The notes beneath the pieces were generated by a model. That model was given only the letters and a program-made list of their open reading frames with translations, had not been told where the DNA came from and did no database searches. Shown piece after piece: positions 1 through 8,301 of a DNA stretch of 64,000 nucleotides. The DNA lies in UHGV virus genome UHGV-0140522, one strand, 5' to 3'. This DNA is from a virus. Both the position numbers and the translations under genes were made by a program. Within the stretch, counting starts at the first letter, position 1. Each line of letters starts with the position of its first letter.

Positions 1-935
1 CTGCCCAACATACGATCCAGATCTGCAGGCGACATGCTTCCGGACGGTCGTTCAACAATCCACAAGCTCCCCACGCCTTTCGTCGCGCCCAGCTCTGCCA
101 GTTTGCGATGGACGTCGTCGCGGCGCTCCACCAGCTTGGACATTTCGGTCTCAGACAGACGGGCGTCAAAGCGATCTGACAGAATGGAGGTGTGAACTTC
201 CAGCGACAGATACAGGACGTTGTAACCGGCAAGCGTGGCGTTGATGGAGAACTCACCCATCGCTGTCGATTTACCAGACTTCGCGAAGCCCATGAACAGC
301 ACCATTTCACGCTTTGCCCAGCCTTTCTGGTAAAGCAGCTTGTCGAGCAGCGGTAGACCCGTCGTGATGCTGTTTGGCACGTAATCGTCGGATGCTTCAT
401 ACTCACGCGCCTTGTAACGCTCTGCTGATTCAGAGAAGTAATCGTAAATGCCGGTCGCTTCGTTAGAGCCGATTTGCTGGACTTTGGCCATGATTGCCAT
501 TGCGCCCTGGAAATCGCCCTTCTCTTTCATCTCAGCCGCTTTAATCAGCGCGTCGTCGAACGCTACGCTTTTGGCAAACGTCGCGACCTGGTCGACCATG
601 TACGCCGTATCTGACAGCTTCTCCGCGAGAATCCGCTTAAACGCCTCAACGACGTCGGGGAACAGCTCTTCGCGGATCGTCTTATCGCGTTTGGCGCGTT
701 TGAGCATGTCGAGGATGGCCGACGATGATGGTGCGCTCTTATACATTCTGTAGTAGCCCGACACCATGTTCACCAGAATGGCGTTGGCCGCATTGGAGAA
801 CTGGTTTGGCGCAACCAGATCACCGGCGCGAGTGAGAAATTCATGGTCGCGACAGAAGTAGGCTGCGAGTCGATTCTGGAAATCGTCGTCGAACTCTTCA
901 GACAACCCTCGTCCTGTGTGGCAAAGTTCGGTCAT
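1..935 (-). CDS. DnaB-family replicative helicase (C-terminal part lies outside the window; the start codon is at 935)
   Basis: The reverse-strand translation is continuous from the ATG at 933-935 to the window edge. It contains a Walker A motif (GFAKSGKST) followed by an SLEV motif, which together are typical of the DnaB RecA-like domain. An AAGGAA RBS lies upstream of the start. Confidence 0.55.
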   Translation of the reverse strand, partial: MTELCHTGRGLSEEFDDDFQNRLAAYFCRDHEFLTRAGDLVAPNQFSNAANAILVNMVSGYYRMYKSAPSSSAILDMLKRAKRDKTIREELFPDVVEAFKRILAEKLSDTAYMVDQVATFAKSVAFDDALIKAAEMKEKGDFQGAMAIMAKVQQIGSNEATGIYDYFSESAERYKAREYEASDDYVPNSITTGLPLLDKLLYQKGWAKREMVLFMGFAKSGKSTAMGEFSINATLAGYNVLYLSLEVHTSILSDRFDARLSETEMSKLVERRDDVHRKLAELGATKGVGSLWIVERPSGSMSPADLDRMLG

Positions 936-995
936 GTGCTTTCCTTTGGTGCTTAAACAATTTGTTTTCTAATACTAAAAAAGCCAAATAGGGGA

Positions 996-1721
996 TCAAC
1001 AGAATCGCCGTGCTTCTTCCAGTTCTTCCGGGAAGTGCGCGTAAATCACACGCTCAGGCACGATTTCCATCAACCAGACAGCGGAGAAGATGATGCGGAC
1101 GCGTTTGTCTCGGGTAATGCCACGCAGACGCTCCAGAACCCACTCAAAATAGCGTTCTTGAATCGGGTCGTCCTGCATGTCTCCCAGATGCTTAAAACTC
1201 ACCAGAGAGTCATCCAGACGGGTTACAGCGCGTTTGGCTAACTTCTCTTCGAAAATCTCGATCAGCTCGGGCTGCCAGAGATGCTGGGGGCGAGGTAATT
1301 TGTCCCACAGACGGCGTGCAGCTGCGGAAAGAACGGTAGAAATAAAGTAGTCATAAGAGCAGCAGTACTGGTCGGCAAACTGGCGTGCTTTCCAGAGAGA
1401 CGTTTTGTTGGCCGTCGACAGCTCCTGATACGGCACACGTTTCAAACCGGTAGTGAATTGGGCCGTCTCATAGTGCTCGCGGCCATGCGACAGCATGATG
1501 TATGAGTACTGGCGCTTGTATGCCTCAGTGAAGAGGCATGTGGCCATAAGCGGGTGCATGTCGCGGTAATCGAACCACTTTGTCTCGAACAGCTCTGCCT
1601 CATCCTTACAGCGTGACAGCCCAATATTCTCGGCCACCCACTTGTCCATGACTGTGGTGTCCCACTCGGTCATGAAGTCGTACTGGTCGTTGTTAATAGT
1701 GTTAAAGAAGATCTGGCTCAT
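996..1721 (-). CDS. hypothetical protein (241 aa)
   Basis: Long ORF with GC typical of the phage backbone. A degenerate copy of the GATAGGTAA..TTACCTATC palindrome sits just upstream at 1733-1754. No recognisable motifs. Confidence 0.5.
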   Translation of the reverse strand: MSQIFFNTINNDQYDFMTEWDTTVMDKWVAENIGLSRCKDEAELFETKWFDYRDMHPLMATCLFTEAYKRQYSYIMLSHGREHYETAQFTTGLKRVPYQELSTANKTSLWKARQFADQYCCSYDYFISTVLSAAARRLWDKLPRPQHLWQPELIEIFEEKLAKRAVTRLDDSLVSFKHLGDMQDDPIQERYFEWVLERLRGITRDKRVRIIFSAVWLMEIVPERVIYAHFPEELEEARRFC

Positions 1722-1838
1722 GTGCTTTGCTCGATAGGTAGTTACTTACTTATCATAATGAGCGAATCATAGCGACTGGAGACTGTTTTTGGAAGTGGAA
1801 ACGGAAGGGAATGTGTCTGGGAAGTTGGCATAGAAAAA

Positions 1839-1912
1839 GACCTGCTCCCGTATAAATAATAATAAGTAACTTAGTATTTATATACGAAAACAGGTTCACA
1901 GAAGTATAATTT
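1839..1912. repeat. hairpin element copy A (degenerate), immediately 3' of the KAP NTPase gene
   Basis: Imperfect inverted repeat cctgctcccgtataaata … tatttatatacgaaaacagg. The loop carries TAAGTAACTTAGTATT. Confidence 0.5.
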
Positions 1913-3616
1913 TTAAATTGTTTTAATAATATACCTTACCCTAAATTCATTTAAAGAAGACAATTTAGAAATCCTTACAAGTGCATCTTTGGCCTTTCTG
2001 GTTATCTGCTCTTGCTCACTGGTGGGATTAGTTAAGTTGTCAAATTTTAACAGACCATTTTTGACTAGATTCATCACATCTCGTTCACATGTTGTCATCC
2101 AATTGAAATAGTCATCCTCACTAAAATTATTCAAAGCATCAACATCTCTTGGGTTATAAGAATTGCCTGCACTTAGCTTAATTAGTATATCTTCTAAAGA
2201 AATCCCTTCATATTTAAGTGCAACGATTCGATTTTTAATGACACTTGACAATTTTTCAAAATTTATATGTGCATCTATTAAATCTGAATACGCTAAATTT
2301 ATATCACATCTTTCGAAAAATGCATCAGTATATTTCGTAATGTAGTCGTCACAATCTTCCCCTAGAGATTCCAACATTTCCATTAAACTGGATACCCTAC
2401 CCAATGGAAGATCACAAAGATTTTCTTCAAATAGCTTTTTAATTTCAGAAATAAAAACAAAATCATTCTTTGCAAAGGACCCAGTATAAATAGCCCAAAC
2501 ATCATTAACTTTATTATTCAATGTGATATTAGTATAATCTTTATTCTTCTTTTGGATTACTTCACCAAGATTACTTGCAGCGATTTTATAACCATGTTTT
2601 AGATGAAAGTCAATATCATCATCAAACACACCATCGCATCTATTAAAAACATCTTCGACATTACCTACAAATAGATGCACAGGTGTTTTGTTATCTACTT
2701 CATCGTCTGGAATGTAGTATGCATTTGTATTAATGAGAGTTTTGAACTCTTCGTAATCGACGTCATGAACCCCAGAATAGTAGACAAATGAAAATAAAGC
2801 TACTCTATTGACAAAGTCAGCTCTAACCTGTTCATGTGCTTCGCAAAGGTCTTTTTCATATTCTGCAAGCATATTTTTAATTTTAATTAATATCCGAATG
2901 TTTTTAATATCCAAATGCAATACAATTTCTTTTAAATATTTATAGTTTTTATCATTTTTAAAAAAAACTTTATCCAGGTTATCAATGGCCATTGGGGAAA
3001 ACATAATATCTAGATCTACAATTTTCTCTCTGTACTCTGAGAATTGTTTTTCCTCTTTTGTCCCCTTGAGATTGTTTTCATTATAAACCAGTATTATTTT
3101 ACAGTTTTTCTTTCGGGCTAACTCATCAATCAACCCCATGATATCCTTTATCTCTAAAGAGTTACCTTTTCTTTCTAAATCGTCAAAACAAATTACATAA
3201 TCCTTTACAAACGAATATTCAACAGCCGAAACAAAATTTCCCGCTCTAAAACCTATAGACGTATTGTCGAAATATTTTATAATGAACTTAGATAATCTAT
3301 TATATTTTAAACAATAACAAATTTTGGAAAGGAATTTCCCATTCACTATTTTATCTTGTTCGACAAGTGTCTGCCTATACTTTTTTTCATTTATTGGAGT
3401 CGCCAAATGAAATATTTCTTTCTTAATTTCATTTATTGAGTTTTTTCCAAAAAGAGAAATATATGAGTAAGCACTTTTATTTAGCGAATTAACATTTTTG
3501 TGATAGTACCCATTCCAAAAATGTGTTTTCCCTATCCCCCAATCACCTTTTATTACAGCAACCTTATTGTCTGAATTGAAAAAAGTGTTTAAGACTTCAT
3601 CCAAATTTATCATCAT
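1913..3616 (-). CDS. KAP-family P-loop NTPase (567 aa)
   Basis: The N-terminal motif VIKGDWGIGKTHF matches the KAP NTPase G-WG-GKT Walker A. The gene is strongly AT-rich compared with its flanks, which argues for horizontal acquisition. Confidence 0.6.
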   Translation of the reverse strand: MMINLDEVLNTFFNSDNKVAVIKGDWGIGKTHFWNGYYHKNVNSLNKSAYSYISLFGKNSINEIKKEIFHLATPINEKKYRQTLVEQDKIVNGKFLSKICYCLKYNRLSKFIIKYFDNTSIGFRAGNFVSAVEYSFVKDYVICFDDLERKGNSLEIKDIMGLIDELARKKNCKIILVYNENNLKGTKEEKQFSEYREKIVDLDIMFSPMAIDNLDKVFFKNDKNYKYLKEIVLHLDIKNIRILIKIKNMLAEYEKDLCEAHEQVRADFVNRVALFSFVYYSGVHDVDYEEFKTLINTNAYYIPDDEVDNKTPVHLFVGNVEDVFNRCDGVFDDDIDFHLKHGYKIAASNLGEVIQKKNKDYTNITLNNKVNDVWAIYTGSFAKNDFVFISEIKKLFEENLCDLPLGRVSSLMEMLESLGEDCDDYITKYTDAFFERCDINLAYSDLIDAHINFEKLSSVIKNRIVALKYEGISLEDILIKLSAGNSYNPRDVDALNNFSEDDYFNWMTTCERDVMNLVKNGLLKFDNLTNPTSEQEQITRKAKDALVRISKLSSLNEFRVRYIIKTI

Positions 3617-3638
3617 TTATGCTCTATTTGACAAATGT

Positions 3639-3663
3639 AAAAGGCGCCTCTCAGCGCCTTTTA
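3639..3663. terminator. symmetrical hairpin terminator between the parG-like stop and the KAP NTPase start
   Basis: aaaaggcgcc-tctca-ggcgcctttt, flanked by A/T runs on both sides. Confidence 0.6.
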
Positions 3664-3664
3664 C

Positions 3665-4024
3665 TTAACCTTTCTTCATCAGCTCACGCTTGATTTCATC
3701 GGTGCGCATCGTGACGTCGGCAGCGGTGATCGCCTCGTTCAGTTTCACGATGTCTTCGATTTCCTGCGGCGACTTCTCTGCCAGATGGAAAATGGCTGCG
3801 CGAATCACGTCAGAACGGGTGAACTTCTCGAAACGAGGGATGAACTTCATCATCTCCAGCAGATCGAAGTACTCGTCTTCCAGCGACATTGTGCGGCTCT
3901 TAATCTTCTCTTTCCCACGAGTCGGACGCCCCTGCGGTCTGACTGGCTGGCGCATTGGGGTGCTGCTTTTTACCGGTTCTTCCGGATCTTTGCGCTTTGC
4001 AAGGTCTCCCATTCTCATGGACAT
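3665..4024 (-). CDS. ParG-like partition DNA-binding protein (basic N-terminal tail plus C-terminal RHH-like fold)
   Basis: Its start overlaps the parA-like stop. The N-terminus is basic and looks disordered; the C-terminal segment (FTRSDVIRAAIFHLAEK) resembles a ribbon-helix-helix. Confidence 0.45.
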   Translation of the reverse strand: MSMRMGDLAKRKDPEEPVKSSTPMRQPVRPQGRPTRGKEKIKSRTMSLEDEYFDLLEMMKFIPRFEKFTRSDVIRAAIFHLAEKSPQEIEDIVKLNEAITAADVTMRTDEIKRELMKKG

Positions 4025-4689
4025 TATTCTTCCTCCAGACTCATGATGTAATCTACAAACTCTTCAAACTCGGCTTCTGCCTTCTTATCGCGTTCGGCGC
4101 CAGTCATTTCAAAGATAGAACGACCTGCCTCTTCCGCATCGTCATAAACGTTACGGTTGTACAGGTTAACCGGCGCAGCCTCGATGCCGAATGTCTCGAC
4201 AATTTCTTTCGCCGCCAGAATACGTGACGCCTGGGAAGGCAGTGACGGACACTGGTTCACTACCGCGCGGATCTTCACAGTCTCGTTCACGTTGCGAACG
4301 TTGTCGATAATCGGGTCGATATCACGCAGGGATTTCAAATCACGACGCTTAGGGCGAAGCGGGATAATGATGAAGTCTGCCAGCAGCATCGCTTGTCGCT
4401 GAATTTCGGAGTCAAAACCACCCGCATCAATGACGACGTAATCGTAGCGTCCCTTCAGCGATTTGATGTGTTTGACGATGTCGTCCTGAACGTATGCGAA
4501 CGGGATTAGCTCAAGATCTTCGTTCTGGCGACGGTCTTCGCACCAGCTCGTTGTGGTGCGCTGAATATCAATGTCGGTGACGTGAGTCTTCTTTTTCTTT
4601 TTAACTTTGAGGCATACCGCAATTTGCTGGGCAACGGTAGATTTGCCTGGGCCGCCTTTTGTGCCGCCAACCACAATGATCCTGGTCAT
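4024..4689 (-). CDS. parA: ParA/ParF-type (small, type Ib) partition ATPase
   Basis: Deviant Walker A (GGTKGGPGKST) in a protein of about 220 aa, the typical ParF/Soj size. It contains an unusual KKKKK tract encoded by an A-rich run. Confidence 0.8.
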   Translation of the reverse strand: MTRIIVVGGTKGGPGKSTVAQQIAVCLKVKKKKKTHVTDIDIQRTTTSWCEDRRQNEDLELIPFAYVQDDIVKHIKSLKGRYDYVVIDAGGFDSEIQRQAMLLADFIIIPLRPKRRDLKSLRDIDPIIDNVRNVNETVKIRAVVNQCPSLPSQASRILAAKEIVETFGIEAAPVNLYNRNVYDDAEEAGRSIFEMTGAERDKKAEAEFEEFVDYIMSLEEE

Positions 4690-4914
4690 TGGTGAGTTCC
4701 CTTTGCGTGAATTATTGTCGTATGAAACAACTTGTTTTCTTATATGCGATATAGCCTAAATGCCTACGGCTACGGTGTAAAGGTGAAATGATAGGCAATG
4801 CAGGGTGTTAGCTCACAGAGCAAACTAACAGTTGAATGTTTGGCCAATCAGCCTTATAGTGAATGTACGGAAAGACGCCGTACATATGACGGGTTTGACC
4901 GATAATATTATTGA

Positions 4915-5050
4915 TGCTTGAAATGACTATATAAATACTGATCTTACTGAATAAATACCGTTTAAATTACTGTTACTAATCGCTTATATACTGACATTAA
5001 ATTATTGAGTTGATACTGAAATAGCTTATATATCTGACACTTATATCATT
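4915..5050. repeat. direct-repeat cluster (TTATATAxCTGACA / TACTGA motifs) between parA and the toxin–antitoxin operon
   Basis: At least six TACTGA-containing repeats in an AT-rich stretch upstream of parA. It also sits just upstream of the TA promoter. Confidence 0.4.
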
Positions 5051-5109
5051 TAATTATATCTAGACAAAGAAGTGCCTCACAGCTTGGGAAGTGAGGCCAG
5101 GAGTAAAGC

Positions 5110-5379
5110 ATGTCAGCACTGAAAAAACAGCGCATCGATCTAAGATTAACTGACGACGACAAGAGCATGATCGAAGAAGCTGCGGCAATGACCAACCAGA
5201 CTATTACTCAGTTTATGGTTGCCAGCGCCTCTGAACGTGCTGCGGAAGTGATAGAGCAACATCGCCGCTTGATTCTCAGTGAAGAGTCCTGGAATCTGGT
5301 AATGGATGCCATCAGTAACCCGCCTGCACCGAACGATAGGCTGAAACGAGCTGCCAAACGTCTACAAAGCATGGAGTAA
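5110..5379 (+). CDS. DUF1778-type (TacA/KacA-like) RHH antitoxin
   Basis: An 89-aa protein lying 4 bp upstream of the GNAT toxin gene. Size and sequence character match the antitoxins of GNAT–RHH type II toxin–antitoxin pairs. Confidence 0.65.
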   Translation: MSALKKQRIDLRLTDDDKSMIEEAAAMTNQTITQFMVASASERAAEVIEQHRRLILSEESWNLVMDAISNPPAPNDRLKRAAKRLQSME

Positions 5380-5382
5380 GAC

Positions 5383-5907
5383 GTGGCCGACCTGACCATA
5401 GAGATGTTTTCAGCACAAGCCGTATACGATTTTTCTGGCTTCGACTGCGGCGAACCATCTCTGAATGATTTCCTGCAAAACCGCCTAGTACAGCAACACA
5501 ACGGGCGTATATTACGCGGCTACCTGCTTCTTACCAAAGATCCGGTGCCGAAAGTTAAGGGTTTTTACACGCTATCCGGGAGCTGTTTTGCAAGACAGAC
5601 GCTACCATCGAACACCCAGAAGCGGAAAATCCCCTACGCAGATGCACCCAGCGTTACGCTTGGCCGCCTGGCAATAGATATCAGCCTACAGAAACAAGGC
5701 TACGGTGAGGTTCTCGTAACGCACGCGTTGAAGGTTGTTTATCAGGCTTCTCGCGCAGTAGGCATATACGCTTTGTTTGTGGATGCACTAAACCAAAGCG
5801 CAATGCAGTTCTATCAGAAGTTTGGATTCATCCCTTTGACGGGGGCGAATGCGAACTCGCTTTTCTACCCCACGAAAAGCATTGAAGAGCTGTTTGAAAC
5901 AGAGTAA
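5383..5907 (+). CDS. GNAT acetyltransferase toxin (TacT/AtaT/KacT-like)
   Basis: A 174-aa GNAT with the motif GRLAIDxxxQxQGYG. It is tightly coupled to the upstream DUF1778-type gene and is followed by a strong terminator at 5910-5937. Confidence 0.7.
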   Translation: MADLTIEMFSAQAVYDFSGFDCGEPSLNDFLQNRLVQQHNGRILRGYLLLTKDPVPKVKGFYTLSGSCFARQTLPSNTQKRKIPYADAPSVTLGRLAIDISLQKQGYGEVLVTHALKVVYQASRAVGIYALFVDALNQSAMQFYQKFGFIPLTGANANSLFYPTKSIEELFETE

Positions 5908-5909
5908 AC

Positions 5910-5937
5910 GAAGCCCCTCAATCGAGGGGCTTTTTTA
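5910..5937. terminator. bidirectional rho-independent terminator
   Basis: Stem agcccctc / gaggggct followed by TTTTTT. It sits between two convergent genes. Confidence 0.7.
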
Positions 5938-6276
5938 ATTCAAGGCTTGTCTGTCCTGCCAGTTACACAATCGCTCTCCCATCGTGTTATGGAAGAGGAT
6001 CTCACGTTCCGTCTCTTCGGTCATAAAGTCGTCGTTACTGACATAAATAGGGTTTGCTGCATCGCAGAACAGCACGCCGGAAGTCTGTGTCTTAATCACG
6101 CAGCCACTTATCATGCAGCTCGCGATGAACAGCAGAAGCATCTTTCCGCCGCACTTCATTAAGTGTCTCATTTTTGACGTCCACTGTGCTTTGAAGCCTT
6201 TTCCTGTCCTCCTGTCTGGCCTTCTCTTCGATTGCTTGCCGGGCCGCACGACCTCCCATCGTATAAGCACCGACAA
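5935..6276 (-). CDS. small lipoprotein, possibly a Cor-like superinfection-exclusion protein (the true start is probably an internal Met near 6190)
   Basis: A hydrophobic signal peptide with lipobox (LLLFIASCMISGC) is followed by a mature domain of about 60 aa. Its position just downstream of the tail-fibre genes matches where cor sits in T1, phi80 and N15-type phages. Confidence 0.45.
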   Translation of the reverse strand: MSVLIRWEVVRPGKQSKRRPDRRTGKGFKAQWTSKMRHLMKCGGKMLLLFIASCMISGCVIKTQTSGVLFCDAANPIYVSNDDFMTEETEREILFHNTMGERLCNWQDRQALN

Positions 6277-6344
6277 GCACGAAAAGAACGGCAGCCAGAG
6301 TCATCAGAGCAAACTTCAGCTTTGAAAATAGGCTGCCGGTCATA

Positions 6345-7064
6345 TCAGACCATCCCGTTCTGGTGTTTTCGCACCTGTGACCAGGCGATAAAGCCAGCCA
6401 CCACAATGGTCGCGATACCGAAGATGATCCGAACCGTATCACCACTGGTGATGTGTCCCTGCGCCTTGTCCATTGCCGCAGAGACCTGTGGCATGACGTC
6501 GGCCAGCTGTGCCAGACCAATTCCCGCCGTAACGGTCGCACCGGCAGTTTCTTTGGTTACAGGAACAGCCTTCACGGTTTTCACCGGCTTAACGACACCA
6601 GCGCGACGTAGACCTTCCTCAATAACTTCTGCCGCATACCAGGTGTTCGGCGTTTTGAGCGGGCCACGGCCATTTTCATGACGGATAATCGCCTCCACCA
6701 GCGGACGCAGAGTGTCGTAGTCGTGCAGATCGATAATCATGTCCGGGGTCACGCCAACGGCTTTAGATACCTCGTTCACGTAAGCTACGGTGTTGTTTTC
6801 ATGCGGAGGCGCCCAGCGTTCGATGACTTCGCGGATCGTATCGATGCTGGAGCCATCCTTCGCGCGGCGCTTGTCGTGGTAGGTAATGAGCGTTACTGCC
6901 AGCGCTCGAATGCCCCATACGGGATCTTTGAACGTGCAGAAACGCGGTTCGGCAGGGTTGTCAATTAACCCCTGCCACGGCGAACCTTTGTCGAGGTTGC
7001 CAGGGTTGTTATTACGAATGCCTCTCGGAGTTTTCATCCTTGATCTCCTGTTATTGCAGTCCAT
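6345..7064 (-). CDS. hypothetical protein with a C-terminal transmembrane anchor (239 aa)
   Basis: Long ORF carrying the motif RGIRNNNPGNL near the N-terminus and a C-terminal TM helix (IIFGIATIVVAGFIAW). Its start is translationally coupled to the upstream gene. Confidence 0.5.
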   Translation of the reverse strand: MDCNNRRSRMKTPRGIRNNNPGNLDKGSPWQGLIDNPAEPRFCTFKDPVWGIRALAVTLITYHDKRRAKDGSSIDTIREVIERWAPPHENNTVAYVNEVSKAVGVTPDMIIDLHDYDTLRPLVEAIIRHENGRGPLKTPNTWYAAEVIEEGLRRAGVVKPVKTVKAVPVTKETAGATVTAGIGLAQLADVMPQVSAAMDKAQGHITSGDTVRIIFGIATIVVAGFIAWSQVRKHQNGMV

Positions 7065-7386
7065 TCTTCACGCCATAAGCGGCCAGACCCAGCAGCAGCG
7101 CGGTAATCAGGAACGACGTTATCTTTGAGATAATGCCGCCAAAGAACCCGCTGGAGATGGCGTCTAGTCGATTAAGTAGTTTGTCCAGGTTGGAGTGCTG
7201 AATGCTGTGTTGCGAAGGCGTCATATCGCCAAAGTAGGTTTTGAGCTGGTCGTTGACCTCCTGGCCAATTTCCTCACGTAACTCCTTACCTAATTTGCCG
7301 ACAACTTCACGCGCAACGATAGCGGCAATGCGCTCTACCTGCTCTGGCGTTACGCCTGCCATCTCGTTCGACATTATTTCCTCCAT
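7051..7386 (-). CDS. small tail-anchored membrane protein (111 aa)
   Basis: Hydrophilic N-terminal region followed by a C-terminal TM helix (ITSFLITALLLGLAAYGV). A palindrome site lies upstream. Confidence 0.4.
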   Translation of the reverse strand: MEEIMSNEMAGVTPEQVERIAAIVAREVVGKLGKELREEIGQEVNDQLKTYFGDMTPSQHSIQHSNLDKLLNRLDAISSGFFGGIISKITSFLITALLLGLAAYGVKNGLQ

Positions 7387-7448
7387 GAATCGTCAAATCG
7401 GGATGGCTGTTTTATACCACAAATCACCCTTACATGGTAGGTAAGTAC

Positions 7449-8237
7449 TTACACACGAGCACCATAAATTGCACCGACTTTAGTCCATGTAGGCACGTTC
7501 CCCGTGACAGCCTTACCCGCCGCGCCACCTCCGTACATTGTCCCCAATCGTCCAGTGGCAGCGGCACCAGCAGCCCCCACATTACCTCCACTACCGCATG
7601 TGTATTGGACAGCAGTAGAGCCGATCAAATATTGAGCGCCAATCCCGGCAGCGGTTAGAGTGCCAGAAGTTGCCGCACGCGAATTTGAAGCTGGTGGCCT
7701 TGTAGTGTTTGCAACACCAAACGGGCGACCGCCCCCACCCATACCACCATCGGCTGAGTTACCGCCACCGCCACCGCCACCACCGGCAATAGCGCCGTTA
7801 TTGGTTATTCTTAAACGGGTCCCAATTCCGTTGTTAATAGCAGTGCCACCGGCAGCACCGCCACCTTTAACGCCACCATTACCGCCACGGCCATAGACAG
7901 TTACACCTGCGTTGATTACCAGGCTGATATAAGAGTTGGTAAGCGAACTTGGGAAATCTAAACATGGCACGCCGCTACTGTACGACACCAGATCCCCTGT
8001 AATGGTAACAACGACTGGTGTCGACCCCTGTGATTTTAAATAGTTGATCAGTGTGTCTTTGTTGTAGTTATGATTCGCACCGATGCTGTAATGAATTTCC
8101 GTAGAACGACCTGCTAACTGAGACATATTCCCAGCAGCAGACAATTGCACCGCAGTTCGAGCCGCGCTCATCCATCTCTGGCCGGTAACACTAACAGCCG
8201 AAGATCCAATCCAACCGGGAACACCGACAATTGGCAC
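7449..8237 (-). CDS. glycine-rich tail-associated protein
   Basis: A 262-aa protein with long poly-Gly and Gly-Ala runs, lying directly downstream of the tail-fibre gene. Confidence 0.4.
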   Translation of the reverse strand: MPIVGVPGWIGSSAVSVTGQRWMSAARTAVQLSAAGNMSQLAGRSTEIHYSIGANHNYNKDTLINYLKSQGSTPVVVTITGDLVSYSSGVPCLDFPSSLTNSYISLVINAGVTVYGRGGNGGVKGGGAAGGTAINNGIGTRLRITNNGAIAGGGGGGGGNSADGGMGGGGRPFGVANTTRPPASNSRAATSGTLTAAGIGAQYLIGSTAVQYTCGSGGNVGAAGAAATGRLGTMYGGGAAGKAVTGNVPTWTKVGAIYGARV

Positions 8238-8257
8238 ACCTAATCTCCTTATTCGAT

Positions 8258-8293
8258 GTGAAAATAGATGATTGGTGGGGAAGCCCCACCAAT
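8258..8293 (-). terminator. rho-independent terminator after the tail-fibre gene
   Basis: A 9-bp stem (ttggtgggg / ccccaccaa) with a 3-nt loop, followed by a U-run on the minus-strand transcript. Confidence 0.6.
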
Positions 8294-8301
8294 CGCCTTG
8301 A

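Noticed and set aside
6092-6541. 149-aa minus-strand ORF overlapping two neighbouring genes
   Set aside because: It overlaps both the lipoprotein gene and the 239-aa gene in alternative frames. The sequence is Arg/Trp-rich and looks like noise.
7660-7896. Proline-rich plus-strand ORF (PPPPPPP)
   Set aside because: It is the antisense reading of the poly-Gly (GGN) tract of the Gly-rich minus-strand gene.
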